Notes under the pieces: model-generated | The model's database searches: none | Told to the model about the DNA's origin: nothing | What the model saw: the letters and a program-made list of their open reading frames with translations, nothing else | Shown here: piece by piece, positions 27,337 through 40,163 of the stretch | Position numbering within the stretch: position 1 is the first letter of the stretch | Layout of the letters: each line of letters begins with the position of its first letter | Position numbers and translations under genes: made by a program | Assembly: GCF_964204865.1 (NCBI RefSeq) | Contig: NC_135261.1 | Span: 20,522,001 to 20,586,000 of the forward strand | Length of the DNA stretch: 64,000 bases | Origin: Styela clava | Lineage: Eukaryota | Reading direction: 5' to 3'

Positions 27337-29045
27337 ATTGTAATTGATATCGACACTTTTAATGAATGGCAAATGATGTAATTCTAGTTGATGAGCTTCC
27401 ATATTAATTTCTTATGTATTATGGTGCAACGCAAAATACTTGTCAGACTTGACGAAAAAATAAATTTGTCTTGGGTCATTCTGATTTACATTTATGGTAT
27501 AGATCATTTAGAACATTAAAGTGCTGAATATTTTAACAATCACGAATAGCCATTGTAAGGCGACATGGTCAAGTACAAAAAGTACGCAAATGTTCAATGG
27601 AAATGTAAGAAACTTTTGTGCGGTAAACTGAAGAGAATCGTCTAAATACAACGTTTTATCATTCTACATTAATGAATGTCTGATCTTGCAATTCTTTTTT
27701 CAAACAACATCAGAACATAACGAATGTTCACGGTCCGGCTTTGAGACTTGTATCGGGAACCCTTTTACGTTCTAATAAGTGCAAGCCAAGCTCCAGCACG
27801 TGACAAAATCTCGCAATAAAGCGGTAGTATTTGCTCCGTTCTACGTTCCGCCCTAGTGAACAAACTTTCCATTTCCAGGATAATACAGAAGGAGCGTGTC
27901 ATGCATTCTCCGTTGGTTTTACAGCAAAGAACGTGCCTAACCACACCGACAAAAGTTCCTTTTGTTTCCGATGGAGGCTTTTGCACACGCACAGGAACGA
28001 AGTATACATATTTATATGTAGAAGATATAAAATGTACATGCGTACGTACATAGCAACTCTGACTGATGTATGGGTGGGCACCAAATTTTTTGACAATTTT
28101 CTATCAGCTCGTTCCACGTTATAGGAGGTATTCGCAATAATATATTTTGTTGAAAATTATTTACGATTGACATTTATTTTTGTAAGATTACTACTACATT
28201 CGTCGGCTTTCACTCGTTTCCCTGTGGACATCAGCTTAGCAGTGACGATTTATTACATGAATAACCTCAACTCATTATTCACCAAATATGAGAAATTAAC
28301 ATTAATGAACTGAAACTCACGCTTCGTATTCGAACCGCTCAAAGTGCAAATGGAGAGATCGCCGTGGCAGTTGCACGAAAGTTTATATTTTCAACCGTCT
28401 GAGCTGAGATCAGGAAAACGGAAGTCTCAGCGTCGATAAAGTTGGGATTGTGAGGTAATAATAACAATGTTTTCTTGAGTGTTTGAGACATTTTGGATAC
28501 ATGTTGTACAAAAATTTCACATTTTATATATTTGCTCACAAAATGTTCACAACGTAAATGTTAAATAAAGAGCATATGCATTTAATGATTTTATTTCAAA
28601 ATTTGATTGAATGTGATTGTTTCAAGGCCCCGAGCATTTAACGTAAAGTGGAGTGAGTAGCATATTTCCATTGACACATTAAAATTTAGATCCAAGTGAA
28701 CAAACTCCGTTAAAATATCCATAAAATTAAATATTATTCTATATAAGGGTAATATTTTGTAATCTCGATATTGATTTGGGCCCAAACGTTTTTGTAAATC
28801 ATGAGTTTTATCGTAGAAAAACTTTCGATGATCAGAATCAAATGTGACAGGAATATTACATGCAATGGCTAATCATTGATTTGTACGGATTTGCACTAAA
28901 TGATCATGGCAAATGATTCGATATTATCTGTAATATTAAAAATCAACAAAAGATTCAGCGATTTAAAATGTCTCCACAATTTATAAAACAGAACAATATC
29001 AGCACATTTACATAATTCGGGACAAGAGGATTCGGAATTCAGTTC
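27290..29045. repeat. Copy 3 of the exon-1 + upstream module
   Basis: Collinear with 1831-3070 and 3337-4830. It ends near AATTCGGGACAAGAGGATTCGGAATTCAGTT, which is also at about 3043-3073. Confidence 0.85.
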
Positions 29046-30689
29046 ATTTGGCATCTCTGTATCACGATTCCAAAGACTATAGGCTAGACTGAGGCTTTAC
29101 CCGATCCGACAATAATAAAGGAACTCATTAATCCCTGCAATGCTCGATGCATATTCGAAAATGTATAGTTGCTTAGTATATCTCGATTGATTGCATTAAA
29201 TGAGTCCCAATCTATACGAGGTCAAAACTTTTGAGTTGAACAATCGACTGAGTCGGAATTGACAAGTGAGACTTATTATGCTGGAGACCAAAGATTTCGG
29301 AATGTCGATATTGGGCAGGCATTGTGTTCGGTATATTATGAAATACGCAATACTATTCCTCAATATACTCCGTTTTCGTATTCAAAGTGCAATATTGAAA
29401 ATCTTCTTTTATGATCGAACTCAAATCGAATCTTTATATTTTGACATTGGGGTTTGGTGTTAACGCTATAAGATCAATCGCATTCATATGAACTTCCATT
29501 GTCCCAAACACGTTTGCATAAATGCTGATTCTTATTCGAAAACAAGAATAGAATACATCAAATGTCGGTTAAAATGCAAATTAACATCAACCTCTTTACA
29601 AGATCATAAAAAAGAGCATATATACTGATAAAAATGTTTATCTCATTTTAAATTGACTATACCCCTTACTAAGATAGTAAATCACACTTTAGTTGATTTT
29701 TACTTTCGTATGCGTTAAACGTATGCGGAATGAAGATTTGTGCCTACAAGTAGATTAATAAATCAGCCGTCATATAAGTATCAAAGCCGCGCTTGGTCGA
29801 TTACTGCAACGCCAACATACGTTCAAGCTTGAGTAATCAAGTATTCTGTTCGCCACCTTAGTATTTGCTTTTTTCATAGAGATGTGATAATCCATCCCTC
29901 AGTATGCATTGAGGGCCAGTCTTTTCAAAGTTGATATCGTGCTGCACCCATATCGTTTGTTTCTAAGGCCCCTTAAATACCTTGGTGTGATATTGTCAGA
30001 TTAGTCTCTTCAATTAGTTATTTTGGGCACAGTTTACATCTTGAGAAAATTGTTTCCTATACCCTGATATGATAACCTTTGGAGAGTTACACGGCGTAAT
30101 AGAAGGTTAAGATATTATTAACCAAAAACGAATTTAAGAACTGATATCAAATAATAACAATGGTGCATTCATCGATCTGTGTAGAGCAGCGACAGAAATA
30201 TAATTCGAGAAGGTAACCATCAATAAAGATACGTATATAGTCGATATTAATACTCGTAGAGATGGGCCGTGATTCGGATCAAGGCGCGGATTCGAGTCGA
30301 ATCCATGCATTTTTAAGACTCAGACTCGATATCAAATCCTCGCCATTTTTGCCATTTTCATAAGACTCAGTACAACAATATCTAGTTGAAATTATGTGAT
30401 CGTCAAAAACGTATTTTTTCATTTTGATTATGACTCGAAATATTCGACTGGATTCCATGTCCACTTATTACTTGGATTCGCCGAATCCGACAAATGCGGC
30501 ACAAATGCGACACAAATGCGGTCTCATCCCGCACTTCAAACCAGTATCTTCTGTGCTGGTGGTAATCAATCACTATATGTCACGATTCTTCCAGCATAAA
30601 ACATGTGAAGAATATACAAATCATATGCAGGAAGAGGGAAAATATCTTGAACGATCCATCTCAATTTCGTCTGGTTGGCCTCATCAAGG

Positions 30690-30940
30690 ATTTAATTCGA
30701 TCTCCTTGCTATTTTCGTCGATATCTGTCACGTGAGTGCGTACTTGTACAAATCACTAATACGGCCATGCACTGAGAATTGCTGTCATATATGGGCTGGT
30801 GCTCATGTGATTGTATCAAACGTGCTTGACCGAATACGAAAAAGAATATTGAATATGATCGGCATCTATAAATTGAAAACACTTTCCCGTCGACGAAAGG
30901 TGGTGTCGGGGTCCCTATTTACGACCTTTATAATAAACTG
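30690..30940 (+). mobile_element. Decayed CR1/L2-group LINE fragment (RT C-terminal region)
   Basis: LYKSLIRPCTENCCHIWAGA...LDRIRKRILNMIG...LSRRRKVVSGSLF fits the LYKS.IRP..EYC...W and L..RR...SL pattern of this group. Confidence 0.7.
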
Positions 30941-33707
30941 CTTGTTCTTCTGAACTCTTGGAATTTGTTCATTTGAATTTTTTTTTATAGCCGTCAAAGT
31001 CCATTGCATGCTGTGTTTTTCCATTCAGATACTGTCATTGAACCTACAATGCAAAAACATTGTATGCCCAATTGTATTTATTTCAATATTTTTATGTGCA
31101 ATCCGCTACTAGCTGATTTCTGATCGTTTTGATTTGATCTGGATACACGAGACATAAGTCCAAGAACATTGCTTTTTCAAATACATAAATATGAATAGCG
31201 CAGATATTTCAGTAAATCTGCCCAAAAATGAGACGCTAACTGTAGTGCATTCTGCCATTAGTTCCTTATACACAAGCACCAAGTTTCCATTGTAACACGT
31301 AGTACTCGTATTGCAGGTAGATTATTGAAATTAATGAAGTGCAAACTTGCTTGGACCTTGTATCCGTGTTTCAGTTTTATATATCTTGCAATTTCCTCGT
31401 AGTAGACTCAGCGACATAGCAGCAGACTTACCAACGTAATTCATTTCTCGTTTATTTAGTCATAAAAACATCGTATCTTATATGGTATTCAAGCATAAGT
31501 TGATAGCAAATAAGTTATCGTCTTGAATAATGAGCTGCTGAACAATGGTCGCGGTGATCAATTTCCTTAAGTTTAACATTTTATTTAGGATATGAGAAAT
31601 TGATGTCATGTTTGTCGTTAGCTAAGTAAAATTATATAATTTCCCAAATGATTCAAAAAGCACAACATTATATTGACTATGGACAACAGTTATGCAACGC
31701 TGCCAACGTTCAAATAGAAACCTTACCACAAATCACAAGGCGCCATATGTTTAAGAGCAGGGGGCTGTTTTATGCGAATGTTTTGGAAATGTGAATGTCA
31801 TTCTGTTATAGCAAGCCCTCCATATATTGAATAATAATAACCAATAATTTTGTTTAGTGAATATTTTAGGCAACATTTGAATTTGAAGCTTAACAAAAAT
31901 AACGTGCTTGATCTATGCCTGCAATGGAAACGCTAGAAGAGAAACATTTTACGAATGTTTGGTTATATATATTCAAAATATTATATTTTTGCAATCCTAC
32001 ATAATAAGTGTATTCAACTGGTGTAAATGTTTTTAAACATGACTGCTGAGCTGGTTCAATTTAAATTGTTTAATTTATTTAGTTTAAGTGTTTGTTTTAA
32101 TCTAATTAACGTTTTGCAACACGTTTTATAACATTATTCCTTGAAATTGTAAACGTAAAAGCACACAGATATAATTTTGGGGAAATTTAATATTATGACA
32201 GAATGTTTAATTTTGTTTGTACGTTGAATTGGAAAGGCCCGAAATAATATTTAATGATAAGTATTGATTTAATGACACATCCACGCCTGCATTTCACCGA
32301 TTAACTCGAGGTCGCGCAATGAAATGTGTCGGAATATTTTATACTGTCGGGTTTTTATTTGTCTGCTATTGATTAGGTTTTTTGCTTCATACTTGGCACA
32401 GCGTCATGGAGTCCACTCCATTCCCGTTAATACGAACCGTTCTCCACAAGTATTAACCATTTTGACCAGGAATTTTACTGGCTGATTGGAGAAAACTCAA
32501 CATTTTTAAACGTAAGAAGCTATACTTGAAATTGTTTTGACAATTGAATTGATTGACAATTTGGATACATTAACTTAGAATTGTATGATACACTGGTTTC
32601 GAGCTTAGTGTGTATCAGTGCGAATATAATATCTGAATGCAAAAAGCATTCGTTGAACGAAAATTTCTTCCGATGGAAATGACGACAATTACTTCCACCA
32701 TTATCGTTATTCACGGGCTGTTGTATAGTTTCAAATACTACCTAAGAATTGGTAATAAACTTTACCAATCTAATTATACCTTGTTTAGCTAATATGGGCA
32801 ACTGATTTATATTCTTATCTATCGCACAGATATATTTTTCCCTTTTGCAAATTAAAATTTGGTATGAATAATGGTAGAAATGTTTGAAACTTTTTTTCGG
32901 AAGAATATATTTCTACTTCCTGTACAATCAATAAGACTCAAAATTGGAATCATCCCATTGCTATTTTATTGGTGATATTCTAAGGAATGTACTAAATATA
33001 TTGCATTTCTGCTAATGTTCTCTTTATTTATTGTATATATAAACATTTCTAGATCTTTGGTTTACAAGACAACGTTTCCTGATTCATTATATTCATATAA
33101 TGCAGTGGTGAATTTAATTTATACATCGATGAAATGGATTGCATATTAATGTCAGTTAAAATAGTTATAGAGAAATGTTGTTATTAGAAACCTATCCTTA
33201 TCCCATTCAAACAAATTATAAATATTCTGAGAATTTTTCTCATTCGAAATACACCTTTTTACAATCGAAACTCAAGCAAGACTTGTGGATTATTTAGTCT
33301 GCAAGTATTTAATTTTGATTGTTACCAAAATAACTTTTATGACGCCTATCTGTCTCGTTTGTCTTATTTATGAATAATTTCCCCTGATAGTCGCCTCTAA
33401 AGTACGAGTAACAAGTTTAGTTAGAACTTGTAACCTGAAATACCGATTCATTCAGGGAAATTTCAACGACCTCTTCTATTAATAATGAGAAATATTTGCG
33501 GATATAAAAGTATGCGACTGGTACGCCTCGCGTCATACATATTTCGACAAGCCGTACATTCAAAATTCCAGAGAAATATTAAAGAGTTGAAGAGAATTGT
33601 GTTCGACAAACTATTGAAGCGAACCTGGATTGTATCCGAAATCAAGTGGCTTTAAATTCACTGCCAAGTTGGAAAAGAATTCAACTAACAAATCCGATTT
33701 CAAAACC

Positions 33708-34915
33708 ATGTCTGCTACAGCAAGTACAAAAGAAAGTCGCGAAGAAATATATGAACAAATTGAACCAAGATCAAGACGAAAGAAACTAAGAACATTTTAT
33801 GATAATTGGGCGCAAAGTTACGACTGGGACATGCTGGATATGGGATACAGGTACAGGTTTTGATTACATAGTTTAATATTTAAAAGAAAAGTTGAAGCCT
33901 GACATATTAGCCCAACAAGCTGTTATATTGATTGTACTCTCAGTACATATAAGCACTGCTCTCTCGCTTGAGGTGTACTGCGACGTAAGAGTAATACGAG
34001 TAATTCACGTGAATAGCACTCCCTTTAATTAAAACTGTATATTGATTAAATTTTAAAATACATTGACCCGTTGTTCCTGTAGCAATTTTTTTGTCACTGT
34101 AACTCTGTATATCCTGCATGATATTTTTTAGTTTATTGAGGCGGAGGTGGGTGTTTTAGAATAAAATAAGCTACGTGTTCATGGTTGATTATGGGATTGG
34201 TTGATTACGAATTAGGATTCTATCTTATTATGATTATTCGCCACATTTGAACAGAAGCCAAATACAACACATGGTTAACTTATTTACTTTATTTTCTAGT
34301 CTCCATTCGACTGCATCAATCCTTCTAATGGAAAGGTTATCCACGGCATATCAAGAAAATTGTGTTATTATTGATGTCGGCTGCGGAACAGGTCTTGTCG
34401 GATCAGTTTTACGAAAGAAAGGATATTGCGGAATTCTGCATGGTGTCGACGAAAATAAAAACATGTTGAACGTTGCAAATAGAAAGAACGCTTATAACGA
34501 TTTATATTTACAATATATGTCTCCAATTGATCCAATCAGTGTTGAAATTTTATATGATGCGTTTGTATGCGTGGCTGCTTTTGGTCTTGAACATATTCAT
34601 CCGCTCTTGTTACCTCACATGGTGGATCACGTTAAGCCTGGCGGTGTTATGGTGTTTTCTGTAGCCAACCACATTTTAGGAGCGGATAGAAGATTGCTCG
34701 AATCCGAAATAAACAAACTAGTAGACTCTAAAGTAATTCGAAAAATCAGTGCCACTGATGAATTTTATTTTAAAGATGGCCGAGAATCCAGAGATACAGA
34801 CAAAATCGCAACTTGTAGACTTTACTGCTACGTAAAATCTAAACGTAAAAATGCCAAAACAAAAGTAGGTTCCGACTCCGAAAGTTCTGAGTCACCTAGT
34901 TCAGAAGCAGAATAA
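33708..34915 (+). CDS. METTL27/WBSCR27-like class I SAM-dependent methyltransferase, 252 aa; exons 33708-33850 and 34300-34915
   Basis: Exon 1 has FYDNWAQSYDWDM. Exon 2 has motif I IIDVGCGTGLVG, LHGVD...ML, YDAFVCVAAF and HVKPGG. The intron is GT-AG phase 2 and the total is 759 nt. Confidence 0.85.
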
Positions 34916-37044
34916 ACACTGATTTTTTGATATATGAATAAACCTGTTCCAATTTCTGCCTCATTTAAAAAAAATACCACATTTATGACATCCAGCAATG
35001 AAACTGTGGAGTTGTGTTTTTTATTATCTGGTTGTAGTTTTACACATATTTTTACAAACAGATTCTGAAATTCTGATATTTGTTTAACGTTGATCATAAT
35101 ATTGATAAAGTCTAAAATGTATTTAATGAATAGTTATATATTTGATTCTTTATAATATGTTTTATTTTTTGCACGAATGGTTCGTCGATGCATTACCTGT
35201 ATAATGTAATATCTTACATTTTCTAGCTGTATAAAAATTGTGAAATGCACTGATATTCCCTTTGTAAAGCATTGCTTGATGATTTCACCTGCTAAGCCTA
35301 ATTTTTATACCAAATGGGAAAACAATATGTATAAATTGTCAGGTTAATAATATGAATTCCACTGTGCACAATCTAATAATAAATAACAAAATACTGATAC
35401 TAAAATATTAAATGTTATTTTTGGATTATTTAGAAATTCTCGCCTCAATTTACTGTTGCAAAATTAATCTAAACGAAATTCATTAACAATATTGTATGCT
35501 AATCCTGTCTGACCGAAAACAGACGACTCTAGATTATCCATACGTGCAATAAATCCGTGCTTATATTTCAGAAATATAGCATTCTTTTACACACTTATAA
35601 AGTTATTTGCATGCTGCACGATATTTAAATAATAATTACCTCATTTCTAAAATATATTATTTAAATTTTCAAACTAAATGCAAATTGTAATGTACCTATT
35701 ATTGGAAAGGGTCATTTCGGCAGTTGTCTAAGAGAATTTTACCTACATATTTCACCAACCGTTTAGTTGGCAAGAAAAGCGTGAATTTGGTAATGCAACA
35801 CCGTTTCATTCAGTACGTAAAATTAATACGAACAATTAGACGTTTCTTATTGACTTGCAGATGACAAAATTGTATACCGGTAATATTTTATTATAAGACA
35901 CCGTCGATCCAAGATATCAAGTAACTCAGTTAAACACTTTTTGACGGAAAATTTGCTCGGATATGTCATTTTGGTTTGATGCATTGAGTGACATTTCTTG
36001 CTCTTCGTCAACATATTGTCGCAGCGGAATTATTTTTTGTAATCATCGTTGTAAATGTTACCAAACCAAACTTTATATAACGTTGTCGTAAATAAGAAAT
36101 TATGCAATAATTCAATAAATGTTTTGCAAAATGTTATATAGTTCACTGGAAAAACCTGACTCACGTACACTGCTTAAAATTGTAAAATCATTGCGATTGA
36201 ACATCAGTTTCTTGGAAATAGGTATCGAAAAGCTCTAACAAGATATGAGCAATGCAACCAAATAGCACATTTTCAATGTAACGGTTAGCGTGTTAACCTT
36301 ACAGGCCACGAATAGATTATATCGTTATAATATTATGGTGGGTATTATTATGGGTCCATGCTATCGCCTATATTCAATTGTATCCCATACCACATCCATT
36401 GTTATGATCGAATTTTTCATTGAGAAAACTGAATTACAATTAAATTGGTTTTTAGCTATTCAAATGCCATACATAAAAAAAACAGATCTTTATGTAATCA
36501 GTTTTGCGATTCCCACAATCTTCGCCACATGCGAAATCCACGAGCATTCAGTAACTGTATAACGTCTTAAACATAACTCAATAATTAAACTTGTCATGTC
36601 ATTATATATAACTGTTTTTCGGTCCAATTGAATAGGAATACAAAATTACCAACTTGGTTGTGACGAAAAAAGATTTAAAACGTGGGTCCCCGTAGAATGT
36701 GGTGATATGTCCACTAAAACTGGTAAGATAATTACTAGTTTTAGACTAGTTTTGATGGTAAAACATTCATTGCTTAGAAACTCGCTGTAATCGATGCTAC
36801 GTGTTTGGTTGCATGGCTATAGCGCCATAATATGTTACAGCGGATGTGACTTGCTCAAATATATGGAACGAGTAAATAAATACTGACAAGATGATCAACA
36901 ACAACTTAATAATAACGAAGCGATACATATGTATAGCCTACCTTGTGTCCAATTACAAACTTACGTTACTGTTCTGCGGCACTACACTTGCAGAGCTTAT
37001 TGGTGGGTTGCCCGCTAAAATTATTATAGCTTCTGAATAAAAAC

Positions 37045-37117
37045 ATATCGTCACGCTAATAACCGAATTGCGTAAGTCATTTTTAGCAGTTTTGAGAAAA
37101 ACGTAAAAAACTTCCTA
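37045..37117. mobile_element. Solo terminal fragment of the 47219-48029 MITE family
   Basis: ATATCGTCACGCTAATAACCGAATTGCGTAAGTCATTTTT...AAACTTCCTA is close to the reverse complement of about 47957-48029. Confidence 0.75.
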
Positions 37118-39464
37118 TATTATATTGCTATATTGAAATATAGTGCGTTTAGGATAGATTTACAGGAACTCACATTATCAGTTGTAAATTTTACTTCCTA
37201 CGTTCAACGTGACAAAGTCTGCTCTGTGTACAAAAAGAAATGAGCGCACAATTATATTGAGATATTTGTATTGGTTTTCAGTGTAAATTTCAGATTTGTC
37301 AAGTGCTACGTTATGTTACAGGTTGCCTTTGTTTTGCGAACTGTAGTGACTTCTCCCACCTTTTATCAAGAGTTTCAGGCACGTGATAACCTGATGCGCA
37401 TTGGATAGAACGTGACATCAATCGCGTGCAGAGCATCGTATCCAAATTGAGACTGTATGATTGAACATGCACGTACCTCGGAATGTCTGCTAGCCGTGCT
37501 TACATCTGTGTATTATATATCTTTCATCTATGTATGCATGTTCTATAGATGCTATCTACCATACTTATGGTCTCGATTTCAAGGAGTTCTAAAGATAATG
37601 CCATGGGATATATTCAAGGATCACCTAATATAAAATATTAGCTTTGATTTTAAGATCTTGAATTCATTTCAGTTCAGATACTTCGCAGAAAGATACAAAA
37701 AGGCAAAAGTTGACAAAAAGTTCCACCAGGAAATTTGAGAGTTTGTCAATTGTTTTCCAATTTATGTGCAAAATATTATGAAAATATCCAAGTTTGTTCT
37801 TTCTGCCGGCGGATCAACGTCGCTGGTAGGATTGTAAATCATCTTTACCTAGACCTAGTCATATAATTGAACAGGATCTTTGATTTTGATCATGAGCGAG
37901 ACATTCCCGTAAATCATGTTTGTCTGTATGAGAGATTGAGTTCGTCGAGCCGTTTTCCGGTTCCAAATAATTTTCCTTTGTAGTTCTCACCGAAATCACG
38001 TTTTTTCGACACTGAATTATTCTTTCATGCATGAAATATTAACACTAACTTATGTAGGGTAATACACAAATGAGCGTCGTCACTAACAACTAACTATTCT
38101 TTTGCGATTTACCATTCAAAAACAAAAATTACTTCAGTTTACGAAGGTGCTCCCCCAATTTGAAAGGAAAAGAAAATGTAGAAATAAAAACAACTCGCTT
38201 GAAATATTATTGGTTGTCAAGATATCCAATTTTGGCACCAGCGGCCTTGAGATGTGGATTGATCAGAAATGCTGGGTCATGTCTTCCATTTCAAAAACAT
38301 GGAAAAGAAAATTTACATTCGTCTTTTGCAAAGGTGGCTGTGTAGAATAGATATCGACCCACGCGCCTTTTGCGTGCTCTTGTGTTCATTCCACAACTAC
38401 GACAAAATTTACACTACACTAAAGTCAGTAAGGAGTAGAGATGGGAGACAGATGATCTCGATAAACAATATCTGCATGGAAAAATCCCAAGTTGTTGCGC
38501 ATAATTTCTGAACTATTGGTATAGCTGGACATTTAAATTGTTTTGTATGATAAATATAAATTTGGAAAATGCGCAGGAAACATTTGGCCATGAATTCGGT
38601 TAACAACTATGCAGTCTTGAAACATAATCAAAAGTATGCAACTTGTATTTTGGGTTTTCATATGCGTTTGTGTGAGAGATGCAAACACACCATGCTCGTT
38701 TTGGCATTTGGCAGGATAGCGTATAGTTGGCGCGTTTAAATTTTTAGTATTGTTATCAATGTATGCAAGTATGAGTACCCTTGTCCGATTAATTAAGAAT
38801 AGTACAAGGTGAGCCTCAAAAAATAAATCAATAGTTTTACTCCTCTGAAAATGAAGAAAATTTATTTAATTTTGTTTACTCTTGATCTCATATTCGTGTA
38901 TGATTGCATGAAAGTTTCTGGAATCTAGGACGCTTTACACAAAAGTTATTTTCTCTCTTCCTTCTTTATTGTTGCATGTTTTTTGCTCTGAGATCCCCTT
39001 TCCACTCACACAAGTTGTACAACAATAATCATCTTTCTGCCAACAAGTCCCTCGCGCCATACGCCATTGCGACACAACAATGAATATTTCGAAAGATTGT
39101 ATGAATATTTTAAGTTACACCACAATGATCACGGTGGTTTTTGGACAAATCCCTAGTCTAGAGGCATGTTTCTTCAGACAAGCAATTCACTAGAATGAAT
39201 CGTTCGACTATCAAACAATCATTGAAGAATTTGGAAATGTGTGAAATAAGATTTTTTTTAAACTTTTATTGGGTAATGAACATTGGCATTAATCATAATT
39301 TTTATAACGATTCCTAATGATAACATTTCTATATAATTTACAACGCAATGAGCGCTGATCTATCAATTCCAAAGATAATTATTTATTAGTGTAATATTGG
39401 ACAAATCATGTTTAATTTCAAGTCGCCATTTGACCTTTTACGTATCACTTTTATTGGTACGACT

Positions 39465-39893
39465 GTTTTCTGTTCCATTCCCATCCCATCCCATAACAAT
39501 TATGCCTGTCCCATCCCATTGAAATAAAACTCAATATAAATTGTTAAATTTAGATTTGGCGTCTACTAAATAGAACTACATGTACGAAGAGACATGCAAA
39601 ACAACAAAATTTATGGACTTTGTTAACTTTATATTCATAACTAATATACATGTGTCCATCAGCTCCTTCCCGGAGTATACTGTTAATGCTGAATATATTT
39701 TGGTTTTCATAACTAACAAGAGAGCTATGCTCAAATATATGGACACGAAGTACATAACGAAATGTTTTACTATCATTTCCCCGAAAATCGGACGATTTTC
39801 GTATCCCATGGGAAATACAAATATGTGCTGTCCTATCCCATGGACGTTTCCCATGGGATTTCCAGGAAAATCCCATACCCATGGACAACCCTG
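39465..39893. mobile_element. hAT MITE of the CAGGCTTG family, left end missing
   Basis: Collinear with 16900-17304. The right end is CCCATGGACAACCCTG. Confidence 0.85.
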
Positions 39894-40163
39894 CATATAT
39901 TAAAACAATCACAATCTCAATATATATAAAAATAGCAGTATAAATTGACAAAGTGGATCTTTTCGTATGTAAAAACTCAATGTTAATAAATGACTTTGGG
40001 TTTCGCAATGGAAAGCATAAATGCCCTCTCCATTTCAGTTTACAAGTAAGGTATCGATGACTCCAACTTTCGATGTTCTAACTTGCGACATAGTAGTCAT
40101 ATTCAGATTATCTTTTTTAAACATCTCGTGTGTTCAAGCGTGGTCGTTGAAGCATGTTTACAA

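Noticed and set aside
38100-38470. Weak resemblance to a hAT C-terminal dimerisation domain (YWLSRYPILAPAAL)
   Set aside because: Too degenerate. The diagnostic ERxFS motif was not found.
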